From positions 2,240,001 through 2,304,000 of the forward strand of contig OZ243972.1 in assembly GCA_965214705.1 (NCBI GenBank): a stretch of 64,000 nucleotides of DNA. The letters are read 5' to 3'. A program made the translations under genes and the position numbers. Shown here piece after piece: positions 1-9,578 of this stretch. A model generated the notes under the pieces. That model saw nothing but the letters and a program-made list of their open reading frames with translations. It was not told the origin of the DNA and did no database searches. The DNA comes from Alphaproteobacteria bacterium. GTDB taxonomy: Bacteria; Pseudomonadota; Alphaproteobacteria; UBA828. The first letter of the stretch is position 1. Each line of letters starts with the position of its first letter.

Positions 1-96
1 GGCGGGGCGCCTGGAGCGGCAGCCCGGCAACCGCGTTTCACTTTCCCGGCCGGCGGCGTAGCGCCGCCCGATGACGCTACCAACAATCGTTTCAGG

Positions 97-2715
97 ATGA
101 ACGTCGTCGTCGTTGAATCGCCCACCAAGGCGTCCACCATCGGCAGGTACCTGGGGCCCGACTACAAGGTCGTGGCCTCCTACGGCCACGTGCGCGACCT
201 CCTGCCCAAGGACGGCTCGGTGCGGCCGGACGATGCCTTCGCCATGGACTGGACCGTCGCCGACGGTGCCGAGAAGCACATCGGCGCCATCCGCAAGGCG
301 CTCCGAGGCGCGAACCATCTCTATCTCGCCACCGACCCCGACCGCGAGGGCGAGGCGATCTCCTGGCACGTGCGCGACGAGCTCGGCCGGCGCGGGCTGC
401 TGGACGGCGTTGCGGTCAAGCGCGTGGTCTTCACCGAGGTCACCAAGTCCGCCGTGCTCGACGCCATGGCCGCCCCCCGCGACCTCGACGACAACCTGAT
501 CGACGCCTACAGGGCGCGCCGCGCGCTCGACTATCTGGTGGGCTTCACGCTCTCGCCGGTGCTCTGGCGCAAGCTCCCCGGCTCGCGCTCGGCCGGCCGC
601 GTGCAATCGGTCGCGCTCCGCCTGATATGCGCGCGCGAGCTCGAGATCGAAGCCTTCAAGCCGCGCGAGTACTGGTCGATCGAGGTCGATCTCGACACGC
701 CCAGGGGCGAGCGCATGGTGGCCCGCCTCGCTGCCCTCGACGGCGAGAAGCTCGGCAAGTATGCGCTCGGCGACCAGGCTGCGGCCGAACAGGCAGCCAA
801 ACTCGTCCGCGCCGGGCGCTACTGCATCGCTGCCGTCGAGCCCAAGCGGGTCAAGCGCAATCCGGCGCCCCCCTTCACCACCTCCACCCTGCAGCAGGAG
901 GCCTCGCGCAAGCTCGGCTTCGCCGCGCGTCGCACCATGCAGGTGGCCCAGCAGCTCTACGAGGGCATCGCCGTAGGCGGCGAGCAGGTGGGCCTCATCA
1001 CCTACATGCGGACCGACGGCGTGCAGATCGCCGAACAAGCGCTGCGCCAGGCACGCGACGTGATCGGGCAACGCTACGGCTCCAACTACGTGCCCGAGAA
1101 GCCCCGCCGTTACCGCACCAAGGCGAAGAACGCACAGGAGGCCCACGAGGCGATCCGCCCCACCGATCTCGCCCGCACGCCTCAGTCGCTCTCGGCCGTT
1201 CTCAAGAAGGATCAGGCGCGGCTCTACGAGCTGATCTGGAAGCGCGCGCTCGCGAGCCAGATGGCAAGCGCCGAGATCGACCGGGTGAGCGTGGATATCG
1301 CCTCCGACGACGGCCGCACTGGCCTCCGCGCTACTGGCCAGACGATCGCCTTCGACGGCTTCTTGCGCGTCTATCAGGAGGGCCGCGACGACGCCCGGCG
1401 CGACAACGGCGACGACGCGGACGGCGAGCGCAGGCTGCCGGCGGTCACCGTGGGCGAGGCGATGGCGGTCGCCGGCGTCACCCCGAACAAGCACGTGACC
1501 GAGCCGCCGCCGCGTTTCTCCGAAGCGAGCCTGGTCAGGCGACTGGAGGAGCTCGGCATCGGCCGCCCCTCCACCTACGCCTCGATCATCTCGGTGCTGC
1601 AGGACCGCAACTACGTACGCCTGGAGAAGCGCCGCTTCGTGCCGGAGGACCGCGGGCGCATCGTCACCGTGTTCCTCGAAAACTTCTTCAGCCGCTACGT
1701 CGAGTACGATTTCACCGCCTCGCTCGAAGGCCAGCTCGATACCATCTCCGCCGGCGAGATCGACTGGCGGGCGGTGCTGAGCGATTTCTGGCGGGACTTC
1801 GCGGGCGCGGTCGAGGAGACCAAGGGGCTCCGGGTCAAGCATGTGCTCGACGCCCTCGACGAGACCCTCGGCCTGCACCTCTTCCCCGCCGAGGACGGCG
1901 GCGAGGACCGCCGCTGCCCCTCCTGCGCGGACGGACGGCTCGGGCTCAAGCTCGGGCGCTACGGCCCCTTCGTCGGCTGCGCCAACTATCCCGAGTGCAA
2001 GTACACGCGCCCGCTCGCCGACAACGGCGGCGATGCGGCGGAGCCCCGCGCGCTGGGGAACGACCCCGAGAGCGGGCTGCCGATCCTGCTGAAGCGCGGT
2101 CCCTACGGCCTCTACGTCGAGCGCGGCGTGGACGGCACCACCAAGGAGAAGCCCAAGCGGGTCTCCCTGCCCCAGGACCTCGCGCCCGACCTGGTCGATC
2201 TCCAGACGGCGCTCGGTCTGCTCTCGCTCCCGCGCGAGATCGGCGCTCATCCCGAAACCGGCAAGCCGGTCACCGCCGGCATCGGCCGCTTCGGCGCCTA
2301 CGTCAAGCACGATGGCGCCTATCGCTCGCTGCCGCGCGGCGAGAACGTGCTGGACGTGGGCCTGAACCGTGCCGTGGTCCTGATCGCCGAGAAGAAGGGC
2401 GGCGCGCGTCTGCTCCGCGAGCTCGGCGCCCATCCCGACGGCGGCCAGGCTGTAACGCTCCACACAGGCCGCTACGGGCCCTACGTCCAGCATGGGAGGC
2501 TGCGGGCCTCGCTGCCCAAAGGCGCGTCCGACGACGATCTCACCTTGGATGAGGCGGTCAAGCTGCTCGCCGCCAAGGCGGCCAAGGGCGGCGCCAAGAA
2601 GAAGAGTGCCGGGCGCGGGCGCAAGTCCGCAACGGCCAAGACCGGCACGGCGCGGTCGAAGGCCAAGCGCGGCTCGCGCCGACAAGCGGACGCGCCGGCC
2701 GACGGCGCGCCCTAG
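97..2715 (+). CDS. topA: DNA topoisomerase I (type IA)
   Basis: TOPRIM N-terminus (VVVESPTKA, ATDPDREGE), SAGRVQS, ITYMRTD catalytic Tyr, zinc ribbon, C-terminal Toprim_C repeats, Lys-rich tail. Confidence 0.98.
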   Translation: MNVVVVESPTKASTIGRYLGPDYKVVASYGHVRDLLPKDGSVRPDDAFAMDWTVADGAEKHIGAIRKALRGANHLYLATDPDREGEAISWHVRDELGRRGLLDGVAVKRVVFTEVTKSAVLDAMAAPRDLDDNLIDAYRARRALDYLVGFTLSPVLWRKLPGSRSAGRVQSVALRLICARELEIEAFKPREYWSIEVDLDTPRGERMVARLAALDGEKLGKYALGDQAAAEQAAKLVRAGRYCIAAVEPKRVKRNPAPPFTTSTLQQEASRKLGFAARRTMQVAQQLYEGIAVGGEQVGLITYMRTDGVQIAEQALRQARDVIGQRYGSNYVPEKPRRYRTKAKNAQEAHEAIRPTDLARTPQSLSAVLKKDQARLYELIWKRALASQMASAEIDRVSVDIASDDGRTGLRATGQTIAFDGFLRVYQEGRDDARRDNGDDADGERRLPAVTVGEAMAVAGVTPNKHVTEPPPRFSEASLVRRLEELGIGRPSTYASIISVLQDRNYVRLEKRRFVPEDRGRIVTVFLENFFSRYVEYDFTASLEGQLDTISAGEIDWRAVLSDFWRDFAGAVEETKGLRVKHVLDALDETLGLHLFPAEDGGEDRRCPSCADGRLGLKLGRYGPFVGCANYPECKYTRPLADNGGDAAEPRALGNDPESGLPILLKRGPYGLYVERGVDGTTKEKPKRVSLPQDLAPDLVDLQTALGLLSLPREIGAHPETGKPVTAGIGRFGAYVKHDGAYRSLPRGENVLDVGLNRAVVLIAEKKGGARLLRELGAHPDGGQAVTLHTGRYGPYVQHGRLRASLPKGASDDDLTLDEAVKLLAAKAAKGGAKKKSAGRGRKSATAKTGTARSKAKRGSRRQADAPADGAP

Positions 2716-2730
2716 CGGCGCGCGGCGCTC

Positions 2731-4935
2731 TTGACGAGCAAGCCGGCTCCCTTTCCGACCAGGGACGAGGTTCTGCGCTTTGTTCGGGAGAGTCCGGGCA
2801 AGACGGGAATGCGTGAGATTGCCCGCGCCTTCAACATCCGCGGCAACGACCGCGCCGCGCTGAAGGATCTCGTGCGCGCGCTGGAGGCGGAGGGCGCAAT
2901 CGACGCCCGCCGCACGCGGCGGCGCCCCGCCGGCACCCTGCCGTCGGTCACGGTGCTGGAGGTCGACGGGCTCGACCAGGACGGCGCGCTCACGGCTCGT
3001 CCGACGCGCTGGGACGAAGACGATCCGCCCCCGCGGATCACCCTCGACCCCGCCCCCCGCGGCGTGCCCGAGCCGGGGGAAGGCGATCGCGTGCTTGCGC
3101 GGCTCAGGCCCGCGCCCGATGGCGGCTACCTGGCGCGGCCCATGCGCGTGCTCGATGCCGGCCCCCGCCGGGTGGTCGGGGTCTTCCGCGCCACCGGTAG
3201 CGGCGGGGGCGTGATCGCGCCGGCCGAGCGCCGCGCCCGCCGCAGCCTCGCGGTGCCGGCGGAGCAGACAGCCGGCGCCCGCACGGGCGAGCTGGTGGTG
3301 GGCGAGACCGAGCCCGGCAGCCGCCTCGGGCTGGCCGACGCCAAAGTAATCGAGCGGCTGGGCGACGCGGACTCGCCCGGCGCGATCAGCCTCGCCGCGA
3401 TCCACGCCCACGACCTACCGTTCCGCTTCTCCGACGCGGCGCTGGCGGAGGCGGAGCGTGCAACGCCGCCGGGCCTCGACGGACGCGCCGACCTGCGGAC
3501 GCTGCCTCTCGTGACCATCGACGGCGCGGACGCCCGCGATTTCGACGACGCGGTCTGGGCCGAGCCCGATCCATCGCCCGACAACAATGGCGGCTGGCGC
3601 GCTCTCGTCGCCATCGCCGACGTGGCCCACTACGTGCGGCCCGGCAGCGCCCTCGACAAGGCGGCGCAGGAGCGCGGCAACTCCACCTACTTCCCCGATC
3701 GCGTGGTGCCGATGCTGCCGGAGGCGCTCTCCGCCGAGCTCTGCTCGCTGAAGCCGGATGTCGACCGCGCCTGCCTCGCCGCGCACCTCCGCATCGACGC
3801 CGAGGGCGAACTACGCGACTGGCGCTTCGAGCGCGCGCTCATGCGCTCAGCCGCCCGGCTCACCTACGACGAGGTTCAGGCCGCCGCCGAGCGCGACGGC
3901 GAGGGCCTGGCGGCGCCGGTTCGTGCCTCGATCGCCGCGCTCTACGGCGTCTACGGCGCGCTCAAGGCAGCGCGCGACCGGCGCGGCGCGCTCGACCTGG
4001 AGCTGCCGGAGCGTGAGATCACGCTGGCAGAGGACGGCACGGTCGCCCGCATCGGCTTCGCCCGCCGCCACGACAGCCACCGCCTGATCGAGGAGCTGAT
4101 GATCGCGGCCAACGTCGCCGCCGCCAGCGCCCTCGAAGCCAAGCGCATGCCCTGCGTGTACCGCGTCCACGACCGGCCCGATACCGCGAAGCTGGACGTG
4201 CTGCGCGAGTTCCTCCGTAGCCGCGGGATCGCTCTGCCGCGCGGCGGGGCCATCCGTCCCGACGCCTTCAATCGCTTCCTCGCCCTGCTCGAGAACCCGC
4301 GCGATGCCGGCATCGCCAGCCTGATGATCCTGCGCGCCCAGGCGCAGGCCGCCTACAGCCCGCGCAACATCGGCCACTACGGGCTCGGCCTCGTGCGCTA
4401 TGCCCACTTCACTTCGCCCATCCGCCGCTATGCCGACCTGCTGGTGCATCGCGCCCTGATCGACGCTCATGACCTCGGGTCGGGCGGGCATGGCCGCACC
4501 GAACCGGAGGCGCTGGAGCGCATCGGCACGCACATTTCCTCCACCGAGCGGCACGCGCAGGCCGCCGAGCGCGATGCCGGGGATCGCTATTGCGCCGCCT
4601 ATCTGGCCGATCGCGTGGACGCCGAGTTCTCCGGCCGCATCGCGGGCGTGACGCGATTCGGCATCTTCGTCGCCCTCGACGAGACCGGCGCCGAGGGCCT
4701 GGTGCCTGGCGCGACCCTCGGCGCCGCCCGTCCGCGTTTCGACTCCCGCCGGCACTCGCTCGCGGTCGACGGCCGCGTGCTGCGACTGGGCGATTCGGTG
4801 ACCGTGACGCTCCGCGAGGCCGATCCCGTGGCCGGCGGCCTCGTCTTCTCGCTCTCTGCCGTGAACGGCGAGGCCTGGGAGTCGTCGCGGGGCCATGACG
4901 GCGGGCGGCGCGGAAGGCCGCGGCGGCGGCGCTGA
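2731..4935 (+). CDS. rnr: Ribonuclease R
   Basis: TIDGADARDFDDA RNB motif, HFTSPIRRYADL, C-terminal S1 domain; TTG start; follows topA. Confidence 0.95.
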   Translation: MTSKPAPFPTRDEVLRFVRESPGKTGMREIARAFNIRGNDRAALKDLVRALEAEGAIDARRTRRRPAGTLPSVTVLEVDGLDQDGALTARPTRWDEDDPPPRITLDPAPRGVPEPGEGDRVLARLRPAPDGGYLARPMRVLDAGPRRVVGVFRATGSGGGVIAPAERRARRSLAVPAEQTAGARTGELVVGETEPGSRLGLADAKVIERLGDADSPGAISLAAIHAHDLPFRFSDAALAEAERATPPGLDGRADLRTLPLVTIDGADARDFDDAVWAEPDPSPDNNGGWRALVAIADVAHYVRPGSALDKAAQERGNSTYFPDRVVPMLPEALSAELCSLKPDVDRACLAAHLRIDAEGELRDWRFERALMRSAARLTYDEVQAAAERDGEGLAAPVRASIAALYGVYGALKAARDRRGALDLELPEREITLAEDGTVARIGFARRHDSHRLIEELMIAANVAAASALEAKRMPCVYRVHDRPDTAKLDVLREFLRSRGIALPRGGAIRPDAFNRFLALLENPRDAGIASLMILRAQAQAAYSPRNIGHYGLGLVRYAHFTSPIRRYADLLVHRALIDAHDLGSGGHGRTEPEALERIGTHISSTERHAQAAERDAGDRYCAAYLADRVDAEFSGRIAGVTRFGIFVALDETGAEGLVPGATLGAARPRFDSRRHSLAVDGRVLRLGDSVTVTLREADPVAGGLVFSLSAVNGEAWESSRGHDGGRRGRPRRRR

Positions 4936-4937
4936 TC

Positions 4938-6149
4938 GTGTCCCCCGCCCGCACCCGTTGGGACATCGTGGCCCTCGCCTTCACGGCCGGCTACATGGTG
5001 GGCATGCAGGTCGGCAAGGTGCCGCCCGCGCTGCCGATGCTGGAGGCGGAGCTCGCCCTGCCCCGCGTCATCGCGGGGCTGATCGCGTCATCCTTCTACG
5101 GCCTCGGCGCGGTCCTGGGCGTTGCCGGCGGGGTGATAGTCGACCGGGCGGGCATCGGGCGCATGGTCTTCGTGGGCGGCGCCGTGATGGCCTGCGCGAG
5201 CCTCGCCGGCGGCTTCGCGGAGAACGGGGCGCAACTGCTCGCGGCCCGCGTCGTCGAAGGCTTCGGCTTCGCCACCCTCACGGTCGCCGGGCCCAAGATG
5301 CTCGTCGCCGCGACCGATCCCGGCGTGCGCCGCTTCGTCCTCGGCGTCTGGGGCACCTACATGCCGGTCGGCATCGCGCTCTCGCTGGTGATCGCGACGG
5401 TGCTGCTGGAGACGGTCGGCTGGCGCGGTCTCTGGTTCATCAATACCGGGCTTATCTTGCTCTTCCTCGTGACTTTCGCTTGGGTCGCGGCGCCGGGGCG
5501 CTGGCAGATGCCGGCGGCGGTCAGCACGTTCGACCGCGCCGGCGTGCGCGCGACTCTGGCGCGGCCGGGACCGTGGCTTTTCGGCGTTGCCTTCGCGATA
5601 TTCGCCGTGCAGTGGCAGGCGCTGATGGCGTGGCTGCCCACCTTCCTGATCGAGACGCAAGGCCGCTCGGTCGAGGCTGCCGCGCTCTTCACCGCGCTCT
5701 TCGTCCTCGCCACCACTGTGGGCTCCGTAACCAGTGCGTGGCTCTTGCAGCGCGGCGTCGCGCGTTGGCTGCTGCTGGGCCTCACCTTCACAGGCATGGG
5801 CGTGTGCGCCGCGACGCTCTTCGCGCCCTTCACGCCTGTCGGCGCCAAGATCCCGCTGGCCGTCTGCTTCGCCTTGGCGGGTGGCCCGCTGCCCGCCGTC
5901 TGCTTCGAAGGCGGCATCGCCCACGCGCCAAGCCAGGCGCAGGTGGCGATGGCCGGCGGTTTCGTCGCGCAGGGAGCCGCGCTCGGCGCCGTGCTCGGCC
6001 CGCCGCTGCTGGCTGCGGTGACCGAGGCCCTGGGCGGTTGGGACGCCGCGTGGTGGACCATGCTGGTCTGGTCCTCCCTCGGCATGGCGGTCGTGGTCGG
6101 TGTGTGGCGGGCGGACGCACGTCTCGGGCGATTGCCGGCTGCGGCATGA
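4938..6149 (+). CDS. MFS transporter (CynX-like)
   Basis: 403 aa with about 12 hydrophobic segments; DRAGIGR resembles MFS motif A. Confidence 0.85.
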   Translation: MSPARTRWDIVALAFTAGYMVGMQVGKVPPALPMLEAELALPRVIAGLIASSFYGLGAVLGVAGGVIVDRAGIGRMVFVGGAVMACASLAGGFAENGAQLLAARVVEGFGFATLTVAGPKMLVAATDPGVRRFVLGVWGTYMPVGIALSLVIATVLLETVGWRGLWFINTGLILLFLVTFAWVAAPGRWQMPAAVSTFDRAGVRATLARPGPWLFGVAFAIFAVQWQALMAWLPTFLIETQGRSVEAAALFTALFVLATTVGSVTSAWLLQRGVARWLLLGLTFTGMGVCAATLFAPFTPVGAKIPLAVCFALAGGPLPAVCFEGGIAHAPSQAQVAMAGGFVAQGAALGAVLGPPLLAAVTEALGGWDAAWWTMLVWSSLGMAVVVGVWRADARLGRLPAAA

Positions 6150-7138
6150 TGGGCGGGCGCTCTCTGGTGCGCACCCTCATTGCAGCAGCCATGGTCGGCG
6201 CGCTGGCGCTGGCCTGCGGCTATGCGTTCGCGGCATCCACCTCACTCTCTGCGCGCCCGGTCGCCCTCGACCCCACCGACCGCACGGTGCAGCGCGTAGG
6301 CCGCCTGCACTTCCTTGGCGGGTTGGACCTGCGCAGCAAAGAGGCGGCATTCGGGGGTCTCTCCGGCCTCGATGTCACGTCCGACGGGCAACTCACCGCC
6401 ATCACCGACCGCGGCCACTGGTTTACCGCCCGCATCGTGCGGGACGATGCCGGACGCCTCGTGGGCCTGGCGGACGCCGCGCTGGGACCGCTACTCGACA
6501 CGAAGGGCCGGCCGCTGCAGGGTGAGTGGCGCGACGCCGAGGCACTGGAGCGCCTGCCGGGTGGCGACTGGCTGGTGAGCTTCGAGCAGCGTCACCGCGT
6601 CTGGCGCTACCCGGCGGAGACCGGCGGGCTGCAGGGCCGCCCCGCGCCTTTCCAGACGCCGAAGGGTATCGCGGCCGCCCCCGGCAACGGCGGGCTGGAG
6701 GCGCTCACGCCGCCTGCCGACGGCCGCATCCTGATGCTGGCGGAGAGCCTCGGGCGCGCCGGCGGCTCCCGCGCCGGCTGGGTCGTCGGTGAGGGCGGCG
6801 TCGAGCCCCTCGGCTACCGCACCGCGCGGGACTTCAAGCCGACCGATGCGGCCACCCTGCCCAACGGCGACATGCTCGTGCTTTCGCGCTATTTCAAGCT
6901 ACTCGGCGGCTTCAAGGCGCGGCTCGAGCGGATTCCCGCCGGCGCCATCGAAGGCGGCGCCGTGCTGAAGGGCGAGCTTCTCGCCCGCTTCGCACCGCCG
7001 CTCACTGTGGACAACTTCGAGGGCCTGGCGGTCACGCGCGATGCGGACGGCGCAACACTCGTCTACATCCTCTCCGACGACAACTTCCATTTCCTCCAGC
7101 GCACGCTCCTGCTCCTCTTCCGCCTGAACGAACCCTGA
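6146..7138 (+). CDS. Secreted 'esterase-like activity of phytase' family protein
   Basis: ATGA overlap with the MFS stop; signal-like N-terminus; FGGLSGL, DAEAL, DNFEGL and LSDDNF motifs. Confidence 0.8.
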   Translation: MMGGRSLVRTLIAAAMVGALALACGYAFAASTSLSARPVALDPTDRTVQRVGRLHFLGGLDLRSKEAAFGGLSGLDVTSDGQLTAITDRGHWFTARIVRDDAGRLVGLADAALGPLLDTKGRPLQGEWRDAEALERLPGGDWLVSFEQRHRVWRYPAETGGLQGRPAPFQTPKGIAAAPGNGGLEALTPPADGRILMLAESLGRAGGSRAGWVVGEGGVEPLGYRTARDFKPTDAATLPNGDMLVLSRYFKLLGGFKARLERIPAGAIEGGAVLKGELLARFAPPLTVDNFEGLAVTRDADGATLVYILSDDNFHFLQRTLLLLFRLNEP

Positions 7139-7215
7139 CAGCCGCAGTTCCGCGCGGCGCCCGGCCGATGGTGCTACCATCGGGCCGAGAGGCAGAGCGG
7201 CGCGGGCGGAGAGTT

Positions 7216-8499
7216 ATGGGCTACACGATCGCGGAAAAGATCATGGGGCGCGCGAGCCGGGCGGGCGCGCCAGTGCCGGCCGGCGCGGAAGTCGAGGTCA
7301 AGCCCGACTACGTGCTGGGCTACGACTTCCCCGGCTACCTCGACCTCATCTTCAAGCAGATGAAGGAGGAGTTCGGCATCGAGCGCGTCGCCGAGCCGGA
7401 ACGCTACGCCCTCTTTATCGACCACATGGTGCCAGCCAACTCGCCCGAGGAGGAGGAACTGCACATCGTCACCCGCACCTGGTGCGCGGAGAACGGCGTC
7501 AGGCTGCACGAGCGCGAAGGCATCGGCCATCAGGTGGCGGCGGAAGCGGGCTACGCGGTACCCGGCGGCTTCGTCGTCCACTTCGACGGCCACATCGCGC
7601 AGCTCGGCGCCTTCGGCACGCTCGCCATCGGCATCCACACGCAGCTGCTGGAGGCCTTCGTCCGCGAGCGCATCGACTTCACCGTGCCCGAGACCACGCG
7701 GGTCAACCTCACCGGCACGCTTAGCCCCGGCGTCATGGCGCGCGACGTGTTCCACCACCTGGTGCGCGTGCTCGGGCCCCGCTCCTGCCGCTTTCAGGTG
7801 CTGGAGCTGGGCGGGCCGGCACTGGGCGACATTTCGCTGGAAGGGCGCCAGACCATCACTGGCCTCGCCATGTTCACCGGCGCGCTCACCGCGATCTGCA
7901 ACCCGGACCAGCTGGCCCTCGACTACGCACGCGCCCACGTGGCCCAACCCTTCGAGCCGCAGGCGAGCGACGAGGACGCCACCTACGCCGCGCTGCACGA
8001 GGTCGACCTGACCGATCTCGCGCCCATTGTCGTGGTGCCGCCCAACCCCGCCGCCACCGCCGATCTCGCGGACCACGCCGGGCTCGAAGTCCAGGCCGGC
8101 TATCTCGGCTCCTGCGCCTCCGGCCGGCTGGAGGACCTGCGCGCCGCCGCGGCGGTGCTCAAGGGCCGCCGCGTCGCGCCGGGATTCCAGCTCCACATCG
8201 TGCCGACGAGCCAGGCGATCATGGCCGACGCCGCCCGCGAGGGCCTGCTGACCACGCTGATCGAGGCCGGCGCCTTCGTCACCTCGTCGTCGTGCGACTA
8301 CTGCTACGGGCGGATCGCCACCATGACCGCCGGCCAGCGTGCGGTCTCCACCGGCACGCTCAACGTCACCGGGCGCATGGGGAGCCCGGATTCCGAGATC
8401 TATCTCTGCAATGCAGCGGCGGTGGCGGCATCGGCGCTGGAAGGGCGGATCGCCGACCCCCGCCCCTACCTCGCCGAAGGTATGGAGACTCGCCCGTGA
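7216..8499 (+). CDS. Aconitase-family large subunit (LeuC/HacA/DmdA-like, divergent)
   Basis: TIAEKI, IDH, GIGHQ, GSCASGR and SSCDYC (three Fe-S Cys), GRMG. Confidence 0.88.
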   Translation: MGYTIAEKIMGRASRAGAPVPAGAEVEVKPDYVLGYDFPGYLDLIFKQMKEEFGIERVAEPERYALFIDHMVPANSPEEEELHIVTRTWCAENGVRLHEREGIGHQVAAEAGYAVPGGFVVHFDGHIAQLGAFGTLAIGIHTQLLEAFVRERIDFTVPETTRVNLTGTLSPGVMARDVFHHLVRVLGPRSCRFQVLELGGPALGDISLEGRQTITGLAMFTGALTAICNPDQLALDYARAHVAQPFEPQASDEDATYAALHEVDLTDLAPIVVVPPNPAATADLADHAGLEVQAGYLGSCASGRLEDLRAAAAVLKGRRVAPGFQLHIVPTSQAIMADAAREGLLTTLIEAGAFVTSSSCDYCYGRIATMTAGQRAVSTGTLNVTGRMGSPDSEIYLCNAAAVAASALEGRIADPRPYLAEGMETRP

Positions 8500-9014
8500 G
8501 CCTCACTCCCCTGCGTGGCCGCGTCGCCTACGTCTTCGAGGAGGCGGACTTCGACGTGGACCAGATCGTGGGCGTCGAGAACATCCGCCTCACCGATCCC
8601 GACGCGCTCGCCACTTGCGCCATGCGCCGCTTCGACCCCGGCTTCGCGGAGAAGGTCGCGCCTGGCGACGTGGTCGTCGGCGCCGAGAATTTCGGATACG
8701 GCCATCCCCACTTCGCACCGATGATCGGGCTGCGCCATCTGGGCATCCGCGCCGTCATCGCGGACTCCTTCGCCACCGGCTACTGGCGGGAAGAGATCGC
8801 CGAGGGCTTCCCCCAGATCGCCTGCCCCGGCATCACCGGCCTCGTCCAGCGTTGGGACGAGATCGAGATCGAGTGGGATACTGCCGAAGTTCGCAACCTG
8901 AGCCGGGGCGGTGCGCTGGCCATCGCCCCCTATTCCACCGCCGAGCGCGGCATGCTTCAGGCCGGCGGCCTGATCCCCTACCTGCGCGAAAAGCTCGCCG
9001 CCGGCGGCGGCTGA
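8496..9014 (+). CDS. Aconitase-family small subunit (LeuD/HacB-like, divergent)
   Basis: GTGA overlap with the large subunit; DVDQI, GAENFGYG, VIADSFA, AGGL motifs. Confidence 0.85.
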   Translation: MSLTPLRGRVAYVFEEADFDVDQIVGVENIRLTDPDALATCAMRRFDPGFAEKVAPGDVVVGAENFGYGHPHFAPMIGLRHLGIRAVIADSFATGYWREEIAEGFPQIACPGITGLVQRWDEIEIEWDTAEVRNLSRGGALAIAPYSTAERGMLQAGGLIPYLREKLAAGGG

Positions 9015-9020
9015 GTCCTT

Positions 9021-9482
9021 TTACGATCCGGAGCGGTACTTCTCCGGCATCTGCGGGCTGTTGGCCGGATTGGTGTCGTGCTTGGCGAGCCGGGTCACCA
9101 CGCCGACGCCCACCAGCGGCGCGAGCGCGTCCCCCAGGGCGTCCGCCTTGTCCTTGGCGTAGACCTCCGCGCCGGCGACATGGATCGAGAACGATTTTTG
9201 GTACTTCGCCTGCTTGGCCGGGTCAGCGATCACCGCCTTGGTCCAGGCATAGAGGGGATAGTGCTCGATGCCGTGCTCCTCGGCCTCCGCGCAATAGCCG
9301 GCAAAGGCGTCGTATTGGCAGATCAGTCGCGCATCGTGGGCGGCGAGAATGTCCCGCAGCGGCCCGAGCCCCGGATGCTCCCCGCCGGCGCGCGCCGCCT
9401 CAGCGGCATCCTCCGCCAGATCGACGCGAAGCTGGTATTGCCACTGCTCCGCCGTCTCAGGCGCCAACGGCTCTTCCGCCAT
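9021..9482 (-). CDS. Hypothetical protein (153 aa)
   Basis: ATG preceded by GGAGG; globular-looking sequence (QYDAFAGY, YPLYAWTKA, HDTNPAN). Confidence 0.75.
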   Translation of the reverse strand: MAEEPLAPETAEQWQYQLRVDLAEDAAEAARAGGEHPGLGPLRDILAAHDARLICQYDAFAGYCAEAEEHGIEHYPLYAWTKAVIADPAKQAKYQKSFSIHVAGAEVYAKDKADALGDALAPLVGVGVVTRLAKHDTNPANSPQMPEKYRSGS

Positions 9483-9578
9483 ACGAGTGCCTCCATTCCG
9501 CGCGCTCGCGCTGCGCGCCCATGGTGACGCGTCTCCCTGCCCCGCGCCAACGGCGAATCGTCCGCTATGATGCGCGGC

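Noticed and set aside
627-2552. 641-aa alternative-frame ORF inside topA, and similar long shadow ORFs (43579-45612, 46022-48007, 25714-27408, 37096-38748)
   Set aside because: They overlap well-supported genes and have low-complexity or antisense composition expected from GC3 bias.
4895-6145. Apparent 747-aa protein with a long N-terminal extension on the phytase-like gene
   Set aside because: The extension is an Arg/Gly-rich alternative frame over the MFS gene; the real start is the ATGA overlap at 6146.
7216-9014. Naming these genes leuC and leuD
   Set aside because: Key catalytic motifs differ and there is no leucine pathway context, so symbols were withheld.
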